The notes below the pieces were generated by a model. The model saw nothing but the letters and a program-made list of their open reading frames with translations, made no database searches and was not told the DNA's origin. Below are positions 48,046 through 57,984 of a stretch of 64,000 bases of DNA, piece by piece; the stretch's first letter is position 1; every line of letters begins with the position of its first letter. Made by a program: the position numbers and the translations under genes. Source of the stretch: an uncultured virus (IMG/VR IMGVR_UViG_3300047322_000678) (taxonomy: Duplodnaviria; Heunggongvirae; Uroviricota; Caudoviricetes); the IMG/VR virus record IMGVR_UViG_3300047322_000678; one strand, given 5' to 3'.

Positions 48046-48327
48046 TTATTCCATCCAGAATACACAGCCATCGGTTGAGCATCTAGCATGGACATGACCG
48101 TTAGAAGATGCCCGTGAATAATTCAATTTTCCGGTGTGGCATATAGGACAATCCATTGATCCAGATCCGCAAAAATAGTTCGTTTGCGGGTGATAAAACC
48201 GGCTTACATCACGAGGCGCGGTAACGCCATGATCTGGTGTTGGACCTTCCTTCCATCTGCGTCTCAAATCTTGCAGAATAGCTTTTCTTGCGACATTTAT
48301 TCGGTTGTCAATCATACCCGTTTCCAT
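48046..48327 (-). CDS. Zn-ribbon hypothetical protein
   Basis: CPICHTG...NGHVHARCSTDGC. Confidence 0.55.
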   Translation of the reverse strand: METGMIDNRINVARKAILQDLRRRWKEGPTPDHGVTAPRDVSRFYHPQTNYFCGSGSMDCPICHTGKLNYSRASSNGHVHARCSTDGCVFWME

Positions 48328-48926
48328 ACAAATACTGTCTCGTATTGATGCGCCATACTCGCCGTGTGCAGGGCGAATTTACCCGATTGCGTGAACAGCT
48401 TGTCCCAATCGTTTAAGGATTGGTACTTGTAACTGGTCCCATCCGTCCCGTCATAGCGCGTGTGCCAGTTGCGCCAGTTCTTGACGATGGTTCGGATCAC
48501 GATCCCGTTCTTGGCGACCCGGACCATTTCTTCAGCCAGCTTGGACGCGATTGGGAATGGCGGGATGGTGAGCACGTCGAAGGCGCAGACCAGATCGTAA
48601 GTCAAATCCTGAACCGGAAGCGTAACACCATCAAACAGATGACAGCTCGTGCCCGGATACCGATTCTCAATCGCCCACTTGCTCACATCGAATCCGATTG
48701 CGTGTTTGCCTTGCTTGCCCCAGTACTCCACTTCATAGCCACGGGCGCAGCCCACGAACAGGGCCATGTCGTGCGGCACAGCCTGACAGATTCCCCATTT
48801 GTTCCGTAACTGTTCCTGCTGATCGGGATGATCGAACTCATAGTTCCTGAACCCGCCCCGTTCGCCCCGGCAATAATAGCCCTCGTCGAAACGGTCAGGG
48901 GAATATTCGATGAAGTCGGGTTTCAT
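48312..48926 (-). CDS. Class I SAM-dependent methyltransferase
   Basis: FVGCARG, GFDVSKWAI, YDLVCAFDVL. Confidence 0.8.
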   Translation of the reverse strand: MKPDFIEYSPDRFDEGYYCRGERGGFRNYEFDHPDQQEQLRNKWGICQAVPHDMALFVGCARGYEVEYWGKQGKHAIGFDVSKWAIENRYPGTSCHLFDGVTLPVQDLTYDLVCAFDVLTIPPFPIASKLAEEMVRVAKNGIVIRTIVKNWRNWHTRYDGTDGTSYKYQSLNDWDKLFTQSGKFALHTASMAHQYETVFVWKRV

Positions 48927-49164
48927 TGTACTGTAACAATTTTAACTTCTCCGGATTCACCAAATTTCAGATTCACTCCACTATGGTTTGTTATGCCAAC
49001 CAGATCACAAAGCCCGATATAAACTTTCCATCCCGATTTACCGCATTGGTGCGTGCTTAGTGGTGTTGTCGATAACAATAACATTTCAAGCGTAGGAACA
49101 TCTCGATCAACGCCTAAAGAAAACCGACATCCACACTGCCTGCATTTGTATAAAGCGATAGCGT

Positions 49165-51384
49165 TCATTTCTCGTACAGCGCAACTATATCCTGTGACAC
49201 AAACAGTTTGTCCCGGCCCTTAGCCCGCATCTGAGCATGAAATCCCTGATGCTCGCATTGATCGCCCTGCTCATCATAAACCAACCCGTCAATGGCCTCT
49301 GGCCGATAGAAACAGGCAGGGCCAAAGGCTGAGTTGACACGACCAGTCACATGCGCCGGCGCTCCCGTAATAAACACTGTATCCTCCGGAACCTTGCCGT
49401 GTGAATACCAGTGAGGTTCGCCGTTGGAATGCCATAAAACACGCCTGTTAAGAACCTGTTCCCAAGCCAGCCAATCGTAATACACGTACGGCTTGTTCTC
49501 GATTATGACCGGCTCGACCGGCACATCATTCCGACAAATCTGTTTCGGCATCAGACCATAAGCCGCGACCGCATCCCAACTGTTACCGTTCAGCAAGGTC
49601 TTGATCGCCTTGGAACAGTTCCAGAATCCCCATGTATCCATGTCCATCCAGAGTATGGCCTTGGCTTCCAGACCAGATTCCCGATATTTCCGGAGCACAG
49701 CGTTCCTCAACTGAGCCATCTTCCGATACCGTAACCGATCCAGATTGACCGGCTCATCCACGGGCATGACCTGTTGCGGCCTCCGATTCAGCCATTGGCG
49801 CAGGACAGGTTGCGCCTCGCGTTTGGCACAGACAAAAGCTTTCCAGGTCAGACCCGATAAAGTCGCTTCCAGATTCGGGATTAGCTTATTGAACATGACG
49901 GATTCGTGTGCTAACCCGAGCACGACCAGATCCGCTTCCAACCCGTACCACATCGGCACACCGGATTCCGTCACGTCCTGGCCCAGTTTCCGCAAGTAAT
50001 TGGCTCCAGCCTTGAGACAATGCCGTTGGGCCTTGAGGCTGTAACGGTTCTCAGGCCGTTCCCAGTACGAATCGTGCCGTTGATGATAGATCAGGTTCTG
50101 CAACCGGCATTTGCCGGCTGGATTGGTCTGGTCCATGAGAATCCGCAGGCACGGATCCCATAGTTCCATGCCCAGAATCATGTCCGGAAAATCCTTGCGA
50201 TGTTTCCGCCACCACCCGACCCGGAACGCTTTCAGGTCTGATCCGCAATAATCGTGGCCTTTAACGATTTCGGAATCGGGTAATGGACTGCCCAGATGCT
50301 TGAAATCCCGGCGATAACAATAAACTGCATCCGTCCCCATCATGGCTTCCCGGACCCGTTTCGAGCAGTCTGTACTTAGGCAAATATCGGCATTGGTATA
50401 GACCACGACATCGTTCTTGCTAGCATCGGCACAGGCCAGATCGAACATGTCCTTGATGAACGGGAAGGAACGGCCTGCTTCGGTCCAGAGCCTGGGAAGG
50501 TCAGAGTCTTTGATCGGGAACGGGAGCCAGTCCTGACAGGGCCAGGTTCTCTGTGCAATTTCATTGCGTCGGACAGTTTCGGGATCTTTCGGATGATACA
50601 AAGTGAACACATGAAGCAATTTGTTCACGGTTTTGCGGCGGTTCCAGGGCAGGACAAATCTGGTTGAAGCGGGGGCTGATTCGGATTGGACAGGACAACC
50701 GCGTTGCTCGCGGAGACGGGCGATTAAGTCTCCCGATTTCGATCCGTGGAACAGAACCACACCAGAACGAATCACTCTCAAACTCTCATGATTCGGAAAC
50801 GAATGCGGCAGGTTCCGACTCGGGTCGGCCAAGCTCCGTTGCATGAGCGGAGAGTTATAGGCATGGCGCAGGGTCATTTCGGGACGGACGCAATCGAATG
50901 GAAGTTCTGATGCTCCCCTAATATAAGGGTTATACGATTCGAGATTGGCCGGATACACGCAGGAGCCGTTCAGGTGCCTAAAGGGTTTATCCCACATGAC
51001 CCCATAGAACGGGATTCCACGGCTTTTGTAATCGGTTTCAATCTGATTGAGCCAGCCGGGAACAAGTGGTATATGGTCCGGTTCGAGCCAGAGGAACGGA
51101 ACATGATTCTTCTGCTTAATAAATTCCAAAGCCGTCAGGAACATCGCGTTTGGGCCTTGAGGCCAACGTTTCGGGTCTGGGCCGGATTGGCGTATGGCTG
51201 ACACCTTGCTAAACACCTTTCTGGCTATGGCGTTGACCTGACTGATTTGGTCATTGGTCATGCCCGAGGATCCGACCAGGAGCAGTTCGTGACCGGGCAA
51301 AGTGCCGTCGAGATCGGCTATCCACTTATGCTGATCCAGAACAGCAGAGAAATCTGATTCGCAAAAAGGGCTTACACAGAGCAC
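49165..51384 (-). CDS. Multi-domain glycosyltransferase (three GT-A-like domains)
   Basis: Three DxD-type motifs (WLEPD, YTNAD, WMDMD); last domain has AQLRN, VNSAFG and CEH, like CAP59/Anp1-type GTs. Confidence 0.7.
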   Translation of the reverse strand: MLCVSPFCESDFSAVLDQHKWIADLDGTLPGHELLLVGSSGMTNDQISQVNAIARKVFSKVSAIRQSGPDPKRWPQGPNAMFLTALEFIKQKNHVPFLWLEPDHIPLVPGWLNQIETDYKSRGIPFYGVMWDKPFRHLNGSCVYPANLESYNPYIRGASELPFDCVRPEMTLRHAYNSPLMQRSLADPSRNLPHSFPNHESLRVIRSGVVLFHGSKSGDLIARLREQRGCPVQSESAPASTRFVLPWNRRKTVNKLLHVFTLYHPKDPETVRRNEIAQRTWPCQDWLPFPIKDSDLPRLWTEAGRSFPFIKDMFDLACADASKNDVVVYTNADICLSTDCSKRVREAMMGTDAVYCYRRDFKHLGSPLPDSEIVKGHDYCGSDLKAFRVGWWRKHRKDFPDMILGMELWDPCLRILMDQTNPAGKCRLQNLIYHQRHDSYWERPENRYSLKAQRHCLKAGANYLRKLGQDVTESGVPMWYGLEADLVVLGLAHESVMFNKLIPNLEATLSGLTWKAFVCAKREAQPVLRQWLNRRPQQVMPVDEPVNLDRLRYRKMAQLRNAVLRKYRESGLEAKAILWMDMDTWGFWNCSKAIKTLLNGNSWDAVAAYGLMPKQICRNDVPVEPVIIENKPYVYYDWLAWEQVLNRRVLWHSNGEPHWYSHGKVPEDTVFITGAPAHVTGRVNSAFGPACFYRPEAIDGLVYDEQGDQCEHQGFHAQMRAKGRDKLFVSQDIVALYEK

Positions 51385-52436
51385 AGTTCGGGTCGAGTTA
51401 CAGAAACAGAATTTCGAGTTGGGCCATCACAGTAAAAATCTGCTCCAAGCAACGGTTCCAATTGATCGCAATGAGTAAGAACCAACTTGTAATCAATTGC
51501 CCCGCAATCTTTCTGACATCGTTTGTGAATCAATTCACCAACCAATGGAGCAAACCGAAGCTGGCCCTGAAACTGAGTCGGGTGGTTTGTTTCGTCAGCA
51601 AAGGACATGGTTGCATCTTCTCCCGGCAACGGCCCTGCCCCATGACGAGTCAGATAAGTGCGCGACACATAGTAAATTTCCTTGGACTTGATTCCAGCCT
51701 GTTCGCAAAGAACGGTCACGTTTTTCATTCCGGTACTGGAATGGGTCACATGCGGGAAAAACTCTTTATTGTCCTGATCCAGCAACAAGCCCTGAGCACC
51801 TTCAAATACTGGGTCTTTGCATTGAGCAATCCCGAGCGGGTTTACGCACTGAGCGAAATGGTTACAACATTCGATGAATTCCGGTATGGCTTCTGATCCA
51901 TCATACGATTCTCCGGTTCTGAACTTGGCATATTTATGGCACAGTTCGGCCAGTTGAGATTCCAGTCGCTTCCCACCATTCCACAAATCACTCATCGTAA
52001 TTTTCAATTCAGGAACATTCGACCGGACGATGGTTTCGTGGAATCCGATTCCGCAACTGCCATGACGCTTCACGCCACGTTTGTTCTCCTTAGCCTGATT
52101 GATCAGCATGTCCATGAAGGTCGTAACCAAACAATCGGGATGCGCGTACACTTCTGGATGAAATCCAAGATCAATTAACTGCTTCCGTTCTTCAAAGAAC
52201 AGGATTGGATTGCAAACAAAGAACTGACTCAAGAATGTTGGAACCCCGCACAGTGTCCCGCTCCCGAAATGACGGAACACATGCCGTTCATTCTCCGGTG
52301 TCACCACCGTATGACCAGCTTGTGCCCCGCCATTGAACCGGACAACAATCCCGGCCCCTTGGGAACAGAGCCAATCGGTGACAAGTCCCTTCGATTCATC
52401 ACCGAAATTGGCCCCGATGACAACCCGAGCAATCAT
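51372..52436 (-). CDS. purA: Adenylosuccinate synthetase-like protein (divergent)
   Basis: GANFGDESKG, RFNGGAQAGHT, HGSCGIG, FEGAQGLLLD, RTYLTRHGAGP. Confidence 0.8.
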   Translation of the reverse strand: MIARVVIGANFGDESKGLVTDWLCSQGAGIVVRFNGGAQAGHTVVTPENERHVFRHFGSGTLCGVPTFLSQFFVCNPILFFEERKQLIDLGFHPEVYAHPDCLVTTFMDMLINQAKENKRGVKRHGSCGIGFHETIVRSNVPELKITMSDLWNGGKRLESQLAELCHKYAKFRTGESYDGSEAIPEFIECCNHFAQCVNPLGIAQCKDPVFEGAQGLLLDQDNKEFFPHVTHSSTGMKNVTVLCEQAGIKSKEIYYVSRTYLTRHGAGPLPGEDATMSFADETNHPTQFQGQLRFAPLVGELIHKRCQKDCGAIDYKLVLTHCDQLEPLLGADFYCDGPTRNSVSVTRPELCSV

Positions 52437-53329
52437 GCAGGTAGCAGTTTCGCAGTTCGACTCTTGGGCAGGTGTTTCACGGCATCCAGAACAGCCCCGC
52501 CGAATTTCGCAGTAACAACTTTGGCATCACGCCCCTCAACGACCTCGATGGTGCTAATGATGGTTTCGGCCAACTTCTTGTAATCGGAAAGCCAGATGGT
52601 GTGCTGGCCAAGAATCTTATTCCAACTGGACCGAACGCGGTCGGCGTGTGACCGGGCGTGAGAACCTTCCGCAATGACGATGTGGAACACATCATACATG
52701 CGCTGGGCATCAGCCAGCATTTCGTCTGAATCCTGTTCCCGTTCAGGCTTATCCCCGATGACGGTTTCGATCTGGTCATTGGTCAATGTCTGGGGAGATT
52801 CCTCGTCCCCGACCGTGAACAGATAGCCACGCTTTCCGCGCTTGATCAGGCTGTCGTGAACTGTATGGTTAGCGGCAAAATACCACGGCAGATTGTAAGA
52901 CTCGAAATTGTTTCCGCCGCCGCCATGTTCCAGAAAGATTTGCGTCAGTTGCTCAACGATCCGGTTGTCGGCCTCGAACTGGGATACCTGCAACGGAGCC
53001 GAATCGAAATTGGCGTCTCCAACCGCCATGAACATCAGGTGCGGGTCGGTGACGGGCTTTCTCGAAATAAGCTCGGTGAATAAAGTTCCGAGTCCTTCCC
53101 GAGCCAGAACATCGGCAATAATGCCCATGCTCCCGGTCACGTCAATTGCGACAATGATTGGAGTTGAAGCGGGATTGTCGGCACTGTCCCGAGATTCCCG
53201 TATCTTGACCCCTTTCGGGTCGAGGTTCTTGTTAATTGACCGGGACAAATAAATATCGTCCGTGGATTTTCCAACGGTTGTCGCTGAATATGCGCGATAC
53301 GCGCGTGCATCGAATCTTCCTGATCCCAT
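52433..53329 (-). CDS. vWA-domain protein
   Basis: MIDAS motif IDVTGSM, GGGGNNFESY, FTVGDE. Confidence 0.8.
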   Translation of the reverse strand: MGSGRFDARAYRAYSATTVGKSTDDIYLSRSINKNLDPKGVKIRESRDSADNPASTPIIVAIDVTGSMGIIADVLAREGLGTLFTELISRKPVTDPHLMFMAVGDANFDSAPLQVSQFEADNRIVEQLTQIFLEHGGGGNNFESYNLPWYFAANHTVHDSLIKRGKRGYLFTVGDEESPQTLTNDQIETVIGDKPEREQDSDEMLADAQRMYDVFHIVIAEGSHARSHADRVRSSWNKILGQHTIWLSDYKKLAETIISTIEVVEGRDAKVVTAKFGGAVLDAVKHLPKSRTAKLLPA

Positions 53330-53344
53330 AATGTTCCTTTCGGT

Positions 53345-53623
53345 TTATTTGGTTTTGGTTTGTTTGCGTGGAATGAAGTACGTGAAGCCCTTGTTCCGAT
53401 ACGACCGTTTACGGTCCAGAATCCCCAACTTCCTCAAGTCCTCAAGCCGGTTATTCAAGGCACTGATACCAACCCCGTTCCAGTCATCGTACTGATAAAG
53501 TTCAGGAGCGGTAATCGGGCCATGAATAGACACGGCCCCGAGTGTGGCTTGAAGCACGTCACTGAGCGGGATTTCTCCTGTTCCTTTACATTTAGGGCAT
53601 GTCGTGTTTGACCGCACGACCAA
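53345..53623 (-). CDS. Winged-helix regulator with CxxCxGxG motif
   Basis: CPKCKGTG; ALNNRLEDLRKLGILDR; promoter-like TTGACT-N16-TAAACC just upstream. Confidence 0.6.
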   Translation of the reverse strand: MVVRSNTTCPKCKGTGEIPLSDVLQATLGAVSIHGPITAPELYQYDDWNGVGISALNNRLEDLRKLGILDRKRSYRNKGFTYFIPRKQTKTK

Positions 53624-53670
53624 GGTTTATCACCGTCTCAGGAAAAGTCAAAAAGAATCTTTAACTATTT

Positions 53671-53931
53671 TTAATCGAACCCGCCCCAGGCTCCGAAAGC
53701 TTTTTTACTGCCCCGCACCCGGCCCCCGACCCGTCCCCGGCCACGACCGGATTTGGACTGGCTCTTAGTCTGTCCCTTGGACTGGCCCATTGCTCGCCCG
53801 GAATGGGGCTTCGCCGGCCACGCGTACTTCACCACATCTTCAGGCACCCCGGCGTCTTGCCGGATGCCGAATGCGTCCCGGACCTGTTCGGCCATGTCCG
53901 GTGATTTCTTGTAGATATTTTGCGGGTCCAT
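53671..53931 (-). CDS. Small basic protein with RG-rich tail
   Basis: GRGRGRVGGRVRG. Confidence 0.5.
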   Translation of the reverse strand: MDPQNIYKKSPDMAEQVRDAFGIRQDAGVPEDVVKYAWPAKPHSGRAMGQSKGQTKSQSKSGRGRGRVGGRVRGSKKAFGAWGGFD

Positions 53932-53934
53932 AAT

Positions 53935-55239
53935 CTAATCTCCGTTTGATTCTAAAACAGCACTGGGTTCGGGAACTTCCTGGTCGGTAAATTCAATTCC
54001 ATGCTCATCTTCAGCCTGATGGATTTCCTTGAGCAGATGCGCCAGAGAGCTTGGATCACATTCCAGTCCATCCGGTAATTGTCTCGCGTAATCGTTTAAC
54101 GAGTCCAATGTGTCCTGAATCGTGTCCCCGATAGCGCATAGCCAGCCCAGATCATTGCTGCCGTCAGCGTCAGGTGGCGAAACTAGTATGCCATCAATCT
54201 GACAGGAATTACCTGCTTTGACCCATTGCCGAATCTCTTTGGGAATATCTGCCACTGCCCAGGAATGACGGTCGCCCTTGGTTTTGATCAGTGCTTGAGC
54301 GCCAAATTCCGCAGCGGGTTCTGGCTCGATACATTCTCCGTTAGCACCAGCCCAGATTATGTCACCAAGATTGCTGTAAAGTTCGGTCATTACCTGTGCC
54401 GGTGGCGAGCCGCAACGATTGCATGGATCGATGAAATAACCCTGATCACCTTTGACCCGAACCTCAGTCGAAAAGAAATTGCGATAGCCGTATTCCGCCA
54501 ATACTGGAGCAAACATCTCGCTCGCTTCTCGAACAACTGGAGCGATGTCGTCCGCCTGAGCAATCGTTGCCAGGTAAGATTTGTCTTTTTCCTCAAACCC
54601 GTGAATGCACATTTTTGGCATGATTCCATTGATACAAAACGTATCAATGCCATCTTCTATATCTGTCTCAATCGGATCGCAAACGTAGAATGCGATCATG
54701 TCTTTCATCGGCCCTAGCTTGACCGCAAGCAAGTCAAGCCAGCCCTCGTCATGGTCCCAATCGCGCCAGTGCGTCGTTTCCGCATCACCGCGCCAACGGG
54801 AAATCTTCACGTACTTGTCGGACTTGCCCTTGAGGTGTTCCCGTAACTTCGTGATTCCGGTAATAACCTTGTATTTCGGAACGGGCATTCCAAGCCGCTC
54901 AATGGTCTTGAGAAACTTTCCCCGGTTCGATTCCAATGAATCTGCCTTACGGGATCCCCACGTTGGAAATCCTTGGGATTCCAATTCCAGTTGTAAACCG
55001 CCAAAGCCAATATCGAAGAAAGCGAATCCATCGCAATCCTTCTTCACATCCCAGATATTCTCGACTCGGGTCATGTTGTCGTAGCCTTCGCCCACAACCC
55101 ATTCTTTGATGGTCGGATACGCCCGATCCCAGGGACTCCACCAGTACACATGTTTGCACTGTTCTGCCAATTTTGCTGCGACTGGAATAAAGAGGCCGTG
55201 ATCGACACAGCAAATTACGGCATCAGAAAGTGACTTCAT
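53935..55239 (-). CDS. ATP-grasp ligase, PurD-like
   Basis: LESNR..FLK...LGMPVPKY, YVKIS, FSTEVR, FIDPCNRCGSPP. Confidence 0.7.
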   Translation of the reverse strand: MKSLSDAVICCVDHGLFIPVAAKLAEQCKHVYWWSPWDRAYPTIKEWVVGEGYDNMTRVENIWDVKKDCDGFAFFDIGFGGLQLELESQGFPTWGSRKADSLESNRGKFLKTIERLGMPVPKYKVITGITKLREHLKGKSDKYVKISRWRGDAETTHWRDWDHDEGWLDLLAVKLGPMKDMIAFYVCDPIETDIEDGIDTFCINGIMPKMCIHGFEEKDKSYLATIAQADDIAPVVREASEMFAPVLAEYGYRNFFSTEVRVKGDQGYFIDPCNRCGSPPAQVMTELYSNLGDIIWAGANGECIEPEPAAEFGAQALIKTKGDRHSWAVADIPKEIRQWVKAGNSCQIDGILVSPPDADGSNDLGWLCAIGDTIQDTLDSLNDYARQLPDGLECDPSSLAHLLKEIHQAEDEHGIEFTDQEVPEPSAVLESNGD

Positions 55240-55616
55240 GGTAACTTTTCCAATTCTTCCTCGTAAATTTTCCATGACACGCCAAGTTCAGCCGCCAGAA
55301 TCCGCTCAACTCCGGTAGCGATACAATGCTGTTTCGCATAAGGCGCAGTCGACTCATCTCCCGGCTCATCGAAATTGTCAGGTCCGCGCTTTGCCTCAAA
55401 TTCTTTATCGAACTTGTCCACCGTTTCGGTTTCGATTCCTTCATGTTTACAGATCAGAACCTCGACCAGTTCATGCACGGCGATCAAGGCTTCGTAGCGG
55501 GGATCGGAAAGTTTACTGACCTTGATCTGTAAAGTTCCATCAGCGTCAAATCGCCAGTCCCCAACTGTGGGGTACGCCTGCTGCTCGTGCGGAATTGTTT
55601 CAATTACGATCTTCAT
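55236..55616 (-). CDS. Small putative metalloprotein (HExxE)
   Basis: TVGDW, VHELVE, EPGD..APY..QH..A..VER. Confidence 0.6.
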   Translation of the reverse strand: MKIVIETIPHEQQAYPTVGDWRFDADGTLQIKVSKLSDPRYEALIAVHELVEVLICKHEGIETETVDKFDKEFEAKRGPDNFDEPGDESTAPYAKQHCIATGVERILAAELGVSWKIYEEELEKLP

Positions 55617-55730
55617 TCGTCTAAACTTTCAGTTCGTGTCCGGAAAAGATCCGAAACAGGTGGACATATGGGGTCGTCATCTTCCTGTTCGGTTTCAGGA
55701 TCTTCGTCGGGTGAGCTTCCCTCTGGCATA

Positions 55731-57947
55731 TCATTCGCTCAACGCCCGATAATGATTGATTGCGATCTGGCTTGCACTTTGCGAGTCGTTGATCGCCATT
55801 TGTTGCCGTGACCGTACCGCCTTATCCTGTAGCGCGAACCGGGTCTTGAGATTCCGGTCCTGGATTTTCGCTTGGGTTTCCAATTGGCGTAACTGTATAT
55901 CCGACATGACTTGAGCAGTTTTCTGACCCTGTTTCTGCCGTTGCTGTGCCTGTTGCTGCATCAATTTCTTGAGCCGATCCACCTGATTCCCTAACTGTTT
56001 CAGTTGCTTCTCAAATTCCTTACCAATCTGTTGCCGCAATGGATCTCCTGATAGTCTCCGAATTTGCTTTGCCGCTGCCGCACCGGCCAGTTCCACAAAT
56101 GCCAAGACCTGTTGCGGATTCCCACCATTCTGAACCGATTGCATGGCCTGAACCGCCGCCTGCATATAAACCGCTGAGAATATGAGCGCATCTTGACTTG
56201 GAGAGAAATCAGCAGGCTTGCCACTGTGCATTCCTGTGACTTGATTACCGGCCCGCTCCTTCTGATCGCCAGATACCGCGCTGATTTTGGATCTAGGGTT
56301 ATACCGATTTACCGCCGATTGACCGGCATTACTCGAAATGAAATCGTCCAGAAGATTTTGCTGACCGGATTCAGGCAAGCGCATCATCAGCGGCAGCATG
56401 GCTTGGGTCACTTCCCGGCGCATGAACGGCGAGCCTTGGCCCACGACCCGCACAGCTTGAACCGATTCAATCCGTCCAAAGCACTCGTCCGGCACGCCCC
56501 GGCGTCGGCATCGGTCCTGAAACTCTTTAGCTCGGGTATCGGTTGAGTTCAGGTTACAGGCTCGCCGGACAATCTCAGACAAGAGCAGATCCCGTTGATG
56601 ATAGTAACGGTTAAAGGTGGTATTGGACAAAGCCCCACCCTGAGACATTTTCATCCTGGCCTCGGTAGCCGTGTCCGGATTACCCGGCTTATCCGGTTCC
56701 ACCGTCTGCCGATACTGGCTCAGGTTTGACCGCATCAAATCGCTAGAGGTTCGGAACATGGCCAGTCCATCCTGCATCAGACCTTGGATCGGCGTCTGAA
56801 CCACATCGGTTCCGGGCGGGACCAAGCCCCATTGCCCGAATCTGGCCAGTTGAAACTTGGTAGCGGCTTCCTGTGTCGTTGGCTTGAACAGGATCTTCGG
56901 AGCAAAAGCCGCATCCATTAGTCCACACAAAAGCCGATTCTCATACTCCAATGGCCCGTACTGTTTCACGCCCAGCCCGGTGACGTTGTGATAGTAACCG
57001 CCTCGACCCTTATCAAAAAACATCGGATGGATCGCTTCGTAAAAGTTTGCGTACCGGCCCACGCGCAGGAACAGGTATTTACAGCCTTCCGCAGACGTGT
57101 CCTGGCGCTCGACAATGGCGTGCGTGACCCGTCCATCAAATTCTTTCCAGAGCACATGCGCGACCCGGCACACGCTCACATTGTCAAAGTAATCAAACGA
57201 GTTCGTCTTTAATTCTGTCTGGTACCAAAGCCAATTATGACTTTGGTCCGGTGGTGTTTTCTGGTCCACGGCATTTTCCAGAACCTTCTTAGTATAAGGC
57301 ACGTCCCAACCTACCTTCTCAGCCGCGTCCTCGTTCTCGATGAACTGGTACAGTTGCGGCGGATAATACTCGCGCAGGATCACGCAGATTTCCCACTGGT
57401 TAAGATCGGATGGTGTCCGATCCGGAACCTTGAGAGCATCGTCCTCGACCGCGACCGGGAACACGTCATGGTCGTTCTCGAAAAACATCGGACCCCTTCC
57501 AAAAAGAACCATCTCGTTCAGTGAGGTTTGTTCCTGTGAGTCCCAGGACTTTTCTTGCATGAACATCACGTCAGCTTCGGCTGACATATCCCGACTCCAT
57601 TGGACCCGGTTCTCCTCATTTCCGTGTGAGGTTGCGATCTGGACTATGCCCGGAGCCTCAGTGGCTAGATCGTAAAAAGCTCCAACGCTAGCTTCGAGTG
57701 TGGACCGGGCCGTGCCCCAGTTTACGTTACAGGCGTCGGCTCGGTTCTGTTTCCGAAGCAAGCCGGGTTTGTACGGGAGGTTCCCATCGCAGATCCCAGC
57801 GACCAAGGCCCGTTTCTGTTCCCGCTTATCGTCTGCATCGATCACGCGCATGACGAAATCCTGTGTCGAGCGGGCATCCTTCATCCGGCATTCAGGAACT
57901 ATCCCGTCATGCACATTCAACAGCCCGTTATCGGAAACAGAATCCAT
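55731..57947 (-). CDS. Portal protein (putative)
   Basis: 738 aa; TATEAR motif and Q-rich helical C-terminal barrel typical of P22-like portals; synteny. Confidence 0.7.
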   Translation of the reverse strand: MDSVSDNGLLNVHDGIVPECRMKDARSTQDFVMRVIDADDKREQKRALVAGICDGNLPYKPGLLRKQNRADACNVNWGTARSTLEASVGAFYDLATEAPGIVQIATSHGNEENRVQWSRDMSAEADVMFMQEKSWDSQEQTSLNEMVLFGRGPMFFENDHDVFPVAVEDDALKVPDRTPSDLNQWEICVILREYYPPQLYQFIENEDAAEKVGWDVPYTKKVLENAVDQKTPPDQSHNWLWYQTELKTNSFDYFDNVSVCRVAHVLWKEFDGRVTHAIVERQDTSAEGCKYLFLRVGRYANFYEAIHPMFFDKGRGGYYHNVTGLGVKQYGPLEYENRLLCGLMDAAFAPKILFKPTTQEAATKFQLARFGQWGLVPPGTDVVQTPIQGLMQDGLAMFRTSSDLMRSNLSQYRQTVEPDKPGNPDTATEARMKMSQGGALSNTTFNRYYHQRDLLLSEIVRRACNLNSTDTRAKEFQDRCRRRGVPDECFGRIESVQAVRVVGQGSPFMRREVTQAMLPLMMRLPESGQQNLLDDFISSNAGQSAVNRYNPRSKISAVSGDQKERAGNQVTGMHSGKPADFSPSQDALIFSAVYMQAAVQAMQSVQNGGNPQQVLAFVELAGAAAAKQIRRLSGDPLRQQIGKEFEKQLKQLGNQVDRLKKLMQQQAQQRQKQGQKTAQVMSDIQLRQLETQAKIQDRNLKTRFALQDKAVRSRQQMAINDSQSASQIAINHYRALSE

Positions 57948-57984
57948 AGATCAGTTGTCGGTTAGTTGCAGGTCAAAGTAAAGG

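Noticed and set aside
51372..52436. PurZ / Z-genome pathway
   Set aside because: The catalytic Asp is retained (GDESKG), and no DatZ, MazZ or DNA polymerase gene is recognisable.
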